Below, piece after piece: positions 1-7,904 of a stretch of 19,864 bases of DNA. The stretch comes from Candidatus Pacearchaeota archaeon (lineage in GTDB: Archaea; Nanobdellota; Nanobdellia; Pacearchaeales; GW2011-AR1), in contig VGKP01000014.1 in NCBI GenBank assembly GCA_016866975.1, forward strand, positions 1-19,864, in the 5' to 3' direction. Within the stretch, counting starts at the first letter, position 1, and each line of letters starts with the position of its first letter. The notes beneath the pieces were generated by a model that worked only from the letters and a program-made list of their open reading frames with translations, did no database searches and was not told where the DNA came from. The position numbers and the translations under genes were made by a program.

Positions 1-231
1 AGCACCAGCAAGTTATATCTATCAGAGAATGAATTGAAGATAGACATAACAGAGACAAATAATCTCGAAGAGAACATAATAAATAAATTTGAGGAAAATC
101 ATCCTAGCAGGTTTAATGCCTTTGTGCCTTCTCTCATGAAGGTTCTTCAGGTCGAGAAACTCGATGAAGAGCGTTCTTCAGTATTCGAGGAAAGAATACT
201 CTCAGACATTAAGAAGATACTTTCACTATGA
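1..231 (+). CDS. mre11: C-terminal end of DNA double-strand break repair nuclease Mre11 (partial, starts before the window)
   Basis: Frame 1 is open from base 1 (STSKLYLSENELKIDI...KKILSL*). Its TGA overlaps the rad50 ATG (ATGA, 228-231). Identity rests on the position directly upstream of rad50; no catalytic motifs lie in the window. Confidence 0.65.
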   Translation, partial: STSKLYLSENELKIDITETNNLEENIINKFEENHPSRFNAFVPSLMKVLQVEKLDEERSSVFEERILSDIKKILSL

Positions 232-2270
232 TAATTAAAAAGATAAGGCTTCAAAATATAAGAAGTTACGAGGACCAAGAGGTGGAATTTCCTTTAGGTT
301 CATTTCTATTGGCAGGCGATGCCGGTGCAGGCAAGACCTCTCTTTTGTTAGCTATAGAGTACGCGCTTTTTGGTCTTCAGCCAGGGCAAAATAGCGCAGG
401 TCTTCTTAGGAACAAAGCTCAAGCAGGGGCAGTAGATCTTGAATTAGAGATAGATGGCAGGGAGATATTGATTGAACGCAAGTTACGAAGGGGCACTAAG
501 ACTATAACCAACGAGTATGCCGCAATTACATTAGAAGGCAAAAAACACGAATGTTCTGTGACTGAGCTTAAGGCACATGTCCTTAAACTTTTAGGATATC
601 CTTTAGAATTCATCAAGAAAAATAATCTTCTTTATCGTTATACTATCTATACTCCTCAGGAGCAGATGAAACATATAATCATAGAGGATCCAGAAGCAAG
701 GCTTACCATAATCCGCCACATTTTTGGGATTGATAAATACAAGCTCATAAGGGAAAACACTCAAAAAGTTATTACCTATCTCAAGGAAGATTCTAAGGAG
801 TTTCAAGCATTGATAAAGAATTTTGAGCAGGACGTAAAAAGACTGACTGAGATACAGGATAGCCTAAAGAATATATCTGGTCTTATAATAGAAAGAGGAG
901 CTAAATTATCTGAGTCGATTAGGGAAAGGAAGGAAAAAGAAAAGGATCTACAATCTTTGAGAGAGAAAGCTAGGGAGAAAGAGAGACTGGAGAATGAGAT
1001 AGACAAAACGAAAGTCATGATAAGCTCAAAAAAGGAGGCATTTGTATCTCTGGAGAAAGAATACCAGGAGATACAGGCAACTATCGCGAAAACTGTGCCA
1101 TTTGAAGAGAAACTTTACTTGGCGACATTAGAAACCATTAAAGAAAAAAAGCAGAGTCTATCTAACTTACAAGAAAGATATATCCAGATAAAGAGCCAGA
1201 TACAGGCAATGGAACAGCAGCAGAGAGAATCCAAAACAAAAAAGGACAAGATTTTCATCATAGATGTCTGCCCTACTTGCCTGCAAGACATACCAGAAGT
1301 GCATAAGCACAATGTATTGAACGCAACGGAACAGACAATAACTGCCTTGCAAAGGCAGATTTCTTCATTGAGCGAGGAAGATAAACAGCTTATTCATATG
1401 ATGGAGCAGGAGAGGAAAGGGCTTCAAGATATAGAGCGCAAAAAGACTGAATATGAAATAATAAAATCAAATGTTCAATTCCTTGAGCTATCTCAGAGAA
1501 AATCACATGATATTCTGAAATTAAAGGAGAGCCACTCTAGAGACATAAGACTTCTCGAGCAGCATTGTGAGATACTGAAGGAAGATCTTTCCCAGTTCTC
1601 CAGATTTTTAAATACTCTAAAGGTAAAGGAGGAAGAGCTAAAGAGAATGTTCTCAGAAGAGAAGAAGAACGAGATTCAGTTGGCAGAGGCAAAAAAGGAA
1701 CAAGAACTTTTGAACAAGGAACTTGAAAGGCTACAGACTATCTTAGATGAGAAGGAGATTGTCAAGAAGAGATTGGCTACGACTTTGGAGACAATAGACT
1801 GGCTCGCGCAGAATTTCCTGACGCTTATGAACTTGACCGAGAGCAGCGTGCTAATGAAGATAAGGGGAGAGTTCTCAAAGCTTTTTAGCAAGTGGTTCCA
1901 TATGCTTGCAGGAGAGCAGTTCGAGGTCAAGATAGACGAGACATTCACCCCCATAATATTGCAAGGAGACCATGAGATGGATTACTCTTTTCTTTCAGGA
2001 GGAGAGAGGACTGCAGTGGCGCTAGCTTATCGTCTTGCACTAAATCAGACAATCAATTCAGTGTTGAGTCATATAAAGACAAAGGAAATAATAATCCTTG
2101 ATGAACCTACTGAAGGTTTTTCAGAGACTCAACTGGAACGTATGAGGGAAGTCTTGGCAGAGCTTCAGGTAAGGCAGCTTATCATAGTGAGCCATGAACA
2201 GAAGATAGAAGGTTTCGTTGAGAATGTCATAAAGATAAAGAAGGAAGATGGATTGTCTGTGAAGGAGTGA
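228..2270 (+). CDS. rad50: DNA double-strand break repair ATPase Rad50 (SMC family), 680 aa
   Basis: Walker A GDAGAGKT, Q-loop YTPQEQM, long coiled coil with central zinc hook CPTC, signature LSGGE, Walker B IIILDEPT, H-loop IIVSH. Confidence 0.95.
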   Translation: MIIKKIRLQNIRSYEDQEVEFPLGSFLLAGDAGAGKTSLLLAIEYALFGLQPGQNSAGLLRNKAQAGAVDLELEIDGREILIERKLRRGTKTITNEYAAITLEGKKHECSVTELKAHVLKLLGYPLEFIKKNNLLYRYTIYTPQEQMKHIIIEDPEARLTIIRHIFGIDKYKLIRENTQKVITYLKEDSKEFQALIKNFEQDVKRLTEIQDSLKNISGLIIERGAKLSESIRERKEKEKDLQSLREKAREKERLENEIDKTKVMISSKKEAFVSLEKEYQEIQATIAKTVPFEEKLYLATLETIKEKKQSLSNLQERYIQIKSQIQAMEQQQRESKTKKDKIFIIDVCPTCLQDIPEVHKHNVLNATEQTITALQRQISSLSEEDKQLIHMMEQERKGLQDIERKKTEYEIIKSNVQFLELSQRKSHDILKLKESHSRDIRLLEQHCEILKEDLSQFSRFLNTLKVKEEELKRMFSEEKKNEIQLAEAKKEQELLNKELERLQTILDEKEIVKKRLATTLETIDWLAQNFLTLMNLTESSVLMKIRGEFSKLFSKWFHMLAGEQFEVKIDETFTPIILQGDHEMDYSFLSGGERTAVALAYRLALNQTINSVLSHIKTKEIIILDEPTEGFSETQLERMREVLAELQVRQLIIVSHEQKIEGFVENVIKIKKEDGLSVKE

Positions 2271-2325
2271 CCGTAAAACTTAAATACTTGATAAAAGTCT
2301 CTAAACAAGAGGTTCTGTAATTCTT

Positions 2326-2991
2326 ATGAATCCGCTTTCGCAAGACATTGAAAAAAATATAGTAAAGTCAGGTACAAGCATAGTCGGAATTGTATGCAAG
2401 GATGGAGTTGTACTTGCTGGTGACCGAAGAACCACTGCTGGAGGCCAGATAGTCATGTCTAAACGTTCTGATAAAGTCATCAAAATAAATGATTATATTG
2501 CTGTGGCAGGCACAGGAGTATCCTCAGACATAGATTTATCTCAAAGGGTTCTTTCTGCAGAATTGCGCCTTAAGGATCTTAAGACAAAGTCTCGGACTAC
2601 TGTGAAGGAAGCTGCAAATCTATATGGCCTCATGTCTTATCGTAATATCAGGACGCCCAGCATGATACCTAGCATGGTAGGTACATTGCTTGCAGGAGTA
2701 AACGAAGACGGTTCTACCGAACTTTACACTATTGAACCTGCTGGAGGAGTCTATAAGGTTGAAGATTATGATGCCAACTTTGGTTCAGGCATGCCCTATA
2801 TATTGGGTCTTCTCGAAAGGCAGTACAAGAAAGACATGAGCGTGAAAGATGCCGTGGAGTTGGCCAAGGAATGCATAAAGGCAGCCATGGAAAGAGATCC
2901 TGCATCGGGCAATGGTATTGACGTATTCGCAATCACAAAAGAAGGCGTTCGCCACGTTGTTTCTGAAGTGATTGTGATTGAATACAAATAA
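2326..2991 (+). CDS. psmB: 20S proteasome beta subunit (with 16-aa propeptide)
   Basis: Propeptide ends in G|TSIVGIVCKDGVVLAGDRR. Lys33-equivalent SDKVIKI, GSG motif (FGSGM) and RDPASGNG are present. Lies directly upstream of aCPSF1, a conserved archaeal neighbourhood. Confidence 0.93.
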   Translation: MNPLSQDIEKNIVKSGTSIVGIVCKDGVVLAGDRRTTAGGQIVMSKRSDKVIKINDYIAVAGTGVSSDIDLSQRVLSAELRLKDLKTKSRTTVKEAANLYGLMSYRNIRTPSMIPSMVGTLLAGVNEDGSTELYTIEPAGGVYKVEDYDANFGSGMPYILGLLERQYKKDMSVKDAVELAKECIKAAMERDPASGNGIDVFAITKEGVRHVVSEVIVIEYK

Positions 2992-3004
2992 TCTGGGATA
3001 AGAA

Positions 3005-4885
3005 ATGGCCGATATTTTAAAAAGTATTAAAGAAGACTTACCTAAAGTCATTACAGATGCCGAATTTGAAGGAGCAAATATAGTTCTATATACTTCAGAC
3101 AAGGAATTTTTCAAGTCTGGGGAGAGAAAGATAAAGGACGTTGTTGATAAGGTAAAGAAAAGGATAGAATTACGTGCAGAGCAGAATATCCTGGCCTCAG
3201 AAGAAGAGACTGAAAAGACCATACGCGCTCTTGTGCCAGAAGAGGCAGAGATAACACAGATAATCTTTGATGTCCAGAGGAGTAGTCTGGTGATAGAGGC
3301 TAAACGACCCGGCTTAGTGATAGGCAAACAAGGCTTTATATTGAGCGATGTTAGAAAAGCCACTTTTTGGACTCCTAACGTTAGAAGAAGTTCCAGCATA
3401 CCTAGCAAGATTACCGAGAAGATACGTTCAGTCTTATATGCAAACAACGCTTATAGGAGGAAATTCCTTAATGAGATAGGTAAGAAGATATATAGTGAAT
3501 GGAGTTCCGAGAAGATGGATATGTGGGTAAGACTAACTTATCTAGGCTCGGGCAGACAAGTAGGCCGCTCGTGCCTTCTTCTCCAGACTCCAAATTCTAA
3601 AGTCCTTCTCGATTGCGGCATTAATCCTGCAATTCCCGACGGTCCTGAAAGGTTTCCCTACCTTAATGTCCCAGAGATAGGCGACCTTAATTCCATAAAT
3701 GCAATAATCTTAAGTCACGCCCATACAGACCATGCAGGAGTGATACCTTATCTTTATAAGATGGGATATCGCGGGCCAGTCTATCTTACTGAACCAACAA
3801 GAGACATTGCAGCTCTTTTGGCTTTAGACTTTATTGGGGTGGCGTATAAACAAGCAGCTTCTCCACTATACAAAGCAGAAGATATTAAAGAGATGGTAAG
3901 ACACTCAATCTCACTAGAATATGGAGAGGTCACAGATATAACTCCAGATATCAGAATAACTTTCTACAATGCTGGTCACGTACTTGGCTCAGCACAAGTG
4001 CATATTAATGTCGGCAACGGTCTGCACAATCTGGTTTATGGTGCCGATACTAAATATAGCAAGACGCGATTGCTTGATCCTGCAGTCAACCATTTCCCCA
4101 GGGTAGAGACGCTTACCATAGAATCTACATACGGATCTAGAGATGATGTTCTTCCTCCAAGGCAAGAAGTCGAGAATCACTTCATAGATATTGTGAAAAA
4201 GACTATTGAAAGAAATGGCAAGATTCTTCTGCCTGAATTAGGACTGGGCCACGCTCAAGAGACGGTACTGAGAGTTGAGGAAGCTGTACGTACTGGGATC
4301 TTGCCAAAAGTTCCTGTCTACATAGATGGCATGATCTGGGATATAACTGCTATCCACACGGCTTATCCAGACTTTCTTTCAGCATCTGTCAGAAATCAGA
4401 TATTCCAGGACAATAATCCATTTACCTCAGACATGCTTAAGAGAATCGGCAGTCCTGCAGAGAGAAAAGAAGTCATTGAAGGAGGCCCATGCATAGTCAT
4501 TGCTACAGCAGGTATGCTTACAGGAGGAGCATCTGTCGAATATTTCAAACACTTTGCAGGCAACGCAAACAATCTGATTGTCTTTGGATGTTATCAAGCA
4601 CTTGGTTCTCCTGGTAGGCAAGTTCAAGATGGTGCCAAAGATATCTATCTTGACAATGAGAAAATAGAGATCAACATGCAAGTCGAGACTATAAAAGGAT
4701 TCTCAGCCCATTCTGGAAGAAACGAGCTACTTCAATATGTAAGCAGGATGAATCCGAAACCTAAGAAGATAATCATAAATCACGGTGAAGTTTCTAAATC
4801 TCTCGATCTCGCATCATCTCTCTACAAACTAAGCCGCACAGAAACCGTCGTCCCAAGAAATCTTGAGACAATTAGATTGAAATAG
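3005..4885 (+). CDS. fttA: aCPSF1 / FttA: KH-domain metallo-beta-lactamase beta-CASP ribonuclease and transcription termination factor, 626 aa
   Basis: N-terminal KH region (RPGLVIGKQG), GSGRQVGRSC, LDCG, HAHTDH (HxHxDH), NAGHVLGS, ESTYG, FSAHS, HGE. Confidence 0.94.
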   Translation: MADILKSIKEDLPKVITDAEFEGANIVLYTSDKEFFKSGERKIKDVVDKVKKRIELRAEQNILASEEETEKTIRALVPEEAEITQIIFDVQRSSLVIEAKRPGLVIGKQGFILSDVRKATFWTPNVRRSSSIPSKITEKIRSVLYANNAYRRKFLNEIGKKIYSEWSSEKMDMWVRLTYLGSGRQVGRSCLLLQTPNSKVLLDCGINPAIPDGPERFPYLNVPEIGDLNSINAIILSHAHTDHAGVIPYLYKMGYRGPVYLTEPTRDIAALLALDFIGVAYKQAASPLYKAEDIKEMVRHSISLEYGEVTDITPDIRITFYNAGHVLGSAQVHINVGNGLHNLVYGADTKYSKTRLLDPAVNHFPRVETLTIESTYGSRDDVLPPRQEVENHFIDIVKKTIERNGKILLPELGLGHAQETVLRVEEAVRTGILPKVPVYIDGMIWDITAIHTAYPDFLSASVRNQIFQDNNPFTSDMLKRIGSPAERKEVIEGGPCIVIATAGMLTGGASVEYFKHFAGNANNLIVFGCYQALGSPGRQVQDGAKDIYLDNEKIEINMQVETIKGFSAHSGRNELLQYVSRMNPKPKKIIINHGEVSKSLDLASSLYKLSRTETVVPRNLETIRLK

Positions 4886-4900
4886 ACAAACTATTAAAAA
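4886..4900 (+). promoter_or_regulatory. Putative BRE/TATA promoter
   Basis: ACAAAC-T-ATTAAAAA lies 21 nt before ATG 4922. This matches the architecture and spacing of the promoters at 6710-6724 and 6754-6768. Confidence 0.5.
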
Positions 4901-4921
4901 CCTATTTTCCTTCTCTATAAT

Positions 4922-5035
4922 ATGATTCTAATAATGTGCTGGAAGATTGCAATCCCGCAGGTTGGATGCTGGAAGATTGCAATCCCGCAGGTTGGATGCT
5001 GGAAGTTGAGAAACCCGCAGGAGGTTTTCATTTGA
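4922..5035 (+). other. Possible 37-aa upstream ORF (MILIMCWKIAIPQVGCWKIAIPQVGCWKLRNPQEVFI*)
   Basis: ATG sits at the leaderless position of the promoter and the frame is open through the repeat. Its TGA (5033-5035) overlaps TTG 5032-5034 of the protease gene. Confidence 0.3.
4937..5021 (+). repeat. 30-bp tandem repeat: two exact copies plus a 25-bp diverged copy, each able to form a hairpin
   Basis: TGCTGGAAGATTGCAATCCCGCAGGTTGGA at 4937-4966 and 4967-4996. TGCTGGAAGTTGAGAAACCCGCAGG at 4997-5021 matches 20 of 25 positions. Internal palindrome GATTGCAATC at 4945-4954 and 4975-4984. Confidence 0.95.
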
Positions 5036-5970
5036 AGCATTCTATAAAGATAACTCTTATCCTTTTGGGAATGTTTCTCCTTGCTCAGTTTATTGGACTC
5101 GGAGTCAATTACATCTATTCTCCAGACATAACTTCTGAGACTGTAACTCTTTCAAATAATGAGACAGTCACCATAAATGTAACAACTTATAAGAATCTTC
5201 CAGAACCTTTCCAGCCTGCAGAGGAGAACAATCATTGGGGCAATTTCATATCTCTGATAATAGCATTCATTCTAGCGATAGGAATAATGCTCTTAATGAT
5301 GAAATTCAGGGCAGAAATACTTTTGAGGATATGGTTCTTCATAGTGATTATTCTCGGCCTGACAGTGGCATTGAATGCCTTTCTTTTATCGATCCCATAT
5401 GCACTGCTTTATTCATTTATCATTTCAGTCATTTTAGCTTATTGGAAAGTCTTCAGGAGAAACATCATCGTCCACAATCTGACAGAACTTCTCATATATC
5501 CCGGAATAAGCGCTGTATTTGTCCCTCTACTTAATTTATGGGGAGTCGTGGCCCTTCTAGTGATAATCTCATTTTATGATATGTATGCTGTCTGGCACTC
5601 AGGTTTCATGCAGAAGATGGCAAAATATCAGATAAAGAAAGTCAAGGTCTTCTCAGGTTTTTTCATACCTTATATCAGGAAGGAAGACAGGGCATTGATT
5701 GAAAAAATAAAGAAGGGCAAGGCCAAGGACCAGAAAATCAGAGTTAACATTGCACTTTTAGGCGGAGGAGATGTAATATCCCCGATGATTCTATCAGGGA
5801 TTGTCTTGCAGGCATGGGGAATAATTCCAGCTTTAATGGTAACTCTTGGCACAACAATTGCCCTCGCATACTTATTTTACATCTCTGAGAAAGGCAAATT
5901 CTATCCTGCCATGCCTTTCATAACAGCTGGCTGCCTGATAGGTCTTGCGATAAGTTCTCTTCTTAGATAG
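5032..5970 (+). CDS. Presenilin/signal-peptide-peptidase-like GxGD intramembrane aspartyl protease (archaeal DUF1119-like), about 312 aa
   Basis: Multiple TM segments. Catalytic YD (ISFYDMYAVW), GxGD (LGGGDV) and PAL-equivalent YPAMPF are present. Start placed at TTG 5032 because a GGAGGT Shine-Dalgarno lies at 5020-5025; the longer ORF-track start (4936) runs through the tandem repeat. Confidence 0.85.
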   Translation: MKHSIKITLILLGMFLLAQFIGLGVNYIYSPDITSETVTLSNNETVTINVTTYKNLPEPFQPAEENNHWGNFISLIIAFILAIGIMLLMMKFRAEILLRIWFFIVIILGLTVALNAFLLSIPYALLYSFIISVILAYWKVFRRNIIVHNLTELLIYPGISAVFVPLLNLWGVVALLVIISFYDMYAVWHSGFMQKMAKYQIKKVKVFSGFFIPYIRKEDRALIEKIKKGKAKDQKIRVNIALLGGGDVISPMILSGIVLQAWGIIPALMVTLGTTIALAYLFYISEKGKFYPAMPFITAGCLIGLAISSLLR

Positions 5971-6688
5971 AAAAATCAATAGGTTGAGTGACTACTTGAA
6001 TTGCTTCAATTTCTTTCCTAATTCGGGACATTGTTTTAATCTTTGCCTGGGCAAGAGAAGATTGAATTTCTTGGCCATATTGCTTTATATCATGAGGAAC
6101 GACAACTACCATGTCAAATCCTCCAGTATAAATATCCGTAGCAGCCCTTTCAAGTGCAGAGTCAGCCATAGAAGCAGCATCTGATAAACTTATCTGCTCA
6201 AAAGAAAGGTATTTTTGTTCGTCAAAATATCGAAGTGCGTGCTCACTTCCACTTCCAATAGAAGTCCCTAATCTTTCTTCTATACGCCCCAAGGGCCAGC
6301 AAGTGTATAGCTTAGGCTTTCCTTCGTAACGTGATGCGATAAGAAGGCTGTTCTGGGCACTACTATTCCATGTCTTACCTCCGAACCGATTGTAATTAAG
6401 GCGGAAAAGTTCTTCAAAATGCCCCTTTTCCAAGGATTCTTTTAGAGGAATTTTGCCTTCAAGAAGATCATAAAGGAACTGACAGTAATCAGAATCTGCA
6501 ATACCTGCCATGCACACCGCGAACTCATTAGATCTAGATATATGGATTTTTTGAGCATTGGTGCGCGTAAGTCTCTTATACGCAACATCTCCTCTTTCTT
6601 CCCATTCCGTGCGTGTACTTGCGATGTCTGAAGCAAGGACTACCCCAGGTGTTCCTTTGCATGCAACTATTCCTACAAGAGTAGTCAT
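5963..6688 (-). CDS. Divergent proteasome-beta-like Ntn hydrolase without propeptide, 241 aa
   Basis: Starts M-TTLVGI (Thr1 exposed by Met removal). Also has GVVLASD, QKI, MAG, SIGSGS and TDIYTGG, in the order and spacing of beta-subunit catalytic motifs. Confidence 0.8.
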   Translation of the reverse strand: MTTLVGIVACKGTPGVVLASDIASTRTEWEERGDVAYKRLTRTNAQKIHISRSNEFAVCMAGIADSDYCQFLYDLLEGKIPLKESLEKGHFEELFRLNYNRFGGKTWNSSAQNSLLIASRYEGKPKLYTCWPLGRIEERLGTSIGSGSEHALRYFDEQKYLSFEQISLSDAASMADSALERAATDIYTGGFDMVVVVPHDIKQYGQEIQSSLAQAKIKTMSRIRKEIEAIQVVTQPIDFSI

Positions 6689-6709
6689 ATCTTTTTATTT
6701 AACCATTCT

Positions 6710-6724
6710 TTTTTAAATCTTTCT
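6710..6724 (-). promoter_or_regulatory. BRE/TATA promoter of the beta-like gene (leaderless)
   Basis: Minus strand reads AGAAAG-A-TTTAAAAA, 21 nt before ATG 6688. Confidence 0.6.
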
Positions 6725-6753
6725 ATAATTTACCCTTATATAGTTACAACATC

Positions 6754-6768
6754 AGAAACATTTAAATA
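6754..6768 (+). promoter_or_regulatory. BRE/TATA promoter of the TrmB gene (leaderless)
   Basis: AGAAAC-A-TTTAAATA lies 22 nt before ATG 6791. Confidence 0.6.
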
Positions 6769-6790
6769 CCTCATTTGTTGCTATCCCTAC

Positions 6791-7594
6791 ATGATAATGA
6801 AACCAGAACTTGTGAAAAGGATCAAAGAATATTTCAACCTGAACATTTACGAGACTAAGGTCTGGCTAGCCCTCCTTACTAAAGGTATAGCTTCAGCCAG
6901 GGAAGTCGCAGATCTTTCAGGAGTGCCTAGAAGCAGGACATATGACGTACTGGAATCTCTTGAAAAATCAGGGTTTGCAATAACCAAGATAGGCAAGCCT
7001 GTCAAGTATATTGCAGTAAAGCCTACAGAAGTCCTTGAGAAAATGAAGGCAAATACTATGAATGATGCTCAGGAAAAAGTCAAATCCCTTTCTACTCTAA
7101 AGGACACTCAAGAATATACTGAACTTGAACAATTACACAAGTCAAGCATATCTTTGGTTAAATCAGTAGACATTACAGGATCTCTTAAAGGAAGGTCAAA
7201 TGTCCTTGGAAGATTACGAGAACTTCTTGAGAGCGCAAAGAACGAAGTGTTAATCTGCACAACCGTATCAGATTTTGAGGATAAAAGCAGGATACTTGTA
7301 CCTGCCCTAGACAAGCTTGCTAAAAATAATGTAAAGATCAAGCTAGCATTATCTGGAGATAGTGAAAATATAAGAAAGGTATCAAGCAAAATAAACGCCA
7401 AGGTAAAAACCACAGATACAAACGCAAGGTTTTTCATCACAGATAAGAAAGAAGTATTATTCATGGTAACTCCAGAGCAAGCTGATGAGGAGATGGGCGT
7501 TTGGCTCAACTCAGAATTCTTCACATCTTCACTCACAAATATAATCGACTTCTCTCTCAAGAATGGGAATGGCAATCTCCCCCAGACGAAATAG
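6791..7594 (+). CDS. TrmB-family transcriptional regulator / chromatin protein, 267 aa
   Basis: N-terminal winged HTH typical of TrmB (LNIYETKVWLALL...AREVADLSGVPRSRTYDVLESLEKSGF...KPVKYIAV), a helical linker, and a C-terminal effector-type domain (AKNEVLIC...ARFFITDKKEVLF). Confidence 0.9.
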   Translation: MIMKPELVKRIKEYFNLNIYETKVWLALLTKGIASAREVADLSGVPRSRTYDVLESLEKSGFAITKIGKPVKYIAVKPTEVLEKMKANTMNDAQEKVKSLSTLKDTQEYTELEQLHKSSISLVKSVDITGSLKGRSNVLGRLRELLESAKNEVLICTTVSDFEDKSRILVPALDKLAKNNVKIKLALSGDSENIRKVSSKINAKVKTTDTNARFFITDKKEVLFMVTPEQADEEMGVWLNSEFFTSSLTNIIDFSLKNGNGNLPQTK

Positions 7595-7595
7595 A

Positions 7596-7904
7596 ATGAT
7601 ACCTAAAAAAACAGTCTGTTATCATCACTTTTTTGTTGCAGAAAGTAGAAGAAAAATAAACGAGCCGATAAAAGATGATATGACTGTCGTTCCTAATTCT
7701 GATATGGACAGAGCATATGAAAATCAACTCGGTCATGGAGTGGATCTGTGTGCACGATTGTATTTAGGAGGCGTCATACTTTATAGACTCGACTCTCCCT
7801 GTATAGAGTTATTTCATGAGCAGAAAAGAGGCATCGAGAAAATTGCCAAAGAGTTAGGATTTTTAGAATTAATAAAAAAACAAGAAGCTAATCCAAAATC
7901 TTAA
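7596..7904 (+). CDS. Hypothetical protein, about 102 aa
   Basis: ATG 7596 lies 1 nt after the TrmB stop. The ORF fills the gap and overlaps the cca 3' end by 17 nt. No recognisable motif. Confidence 0.55.
   Translation: MIPKKTVCYHHFFVAESRRKINEPIKDDMTVVPNSDMDRAYENQLGHGVDLCARLYLGGVILYRLDSPCIELFHEQKRGIEKIAKELGFLELIKKQEANPKS

Noticed and set aside
4937-5021. CRISPR array (30-bp partly palindromic repeats)
   Set aside because: The copies abut directly with no spacers, and there are no cas genes in the window.
4936-5031. N-terminal (MLEDCNPAGW)x2 extension of the GxGD protease as given by the ORF track
   Set aside because: It is a by-product of the 30-bp repeat being a multiple of 3. TTG 5032 has a good SD and begins the first TM region. 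The extension cannot be fully excluded.
4925-5034. Bulge-helix-bulge mRNA intron whose removal would restore ATG-AAG-CAT
   Set aside because: Only 3 of 4 central-helix pairs form (4919-4922 with 5029-5032) and the flanking stems do not pair.
5963-6688. Calling the beta-like gene connectase, Anbu or HslV
   Set aside because: It has Thr1 (connectase uses Ser1), lacks the Anbu TYC start, and no hslU is adjacent. The motifs support only the fold-level call.
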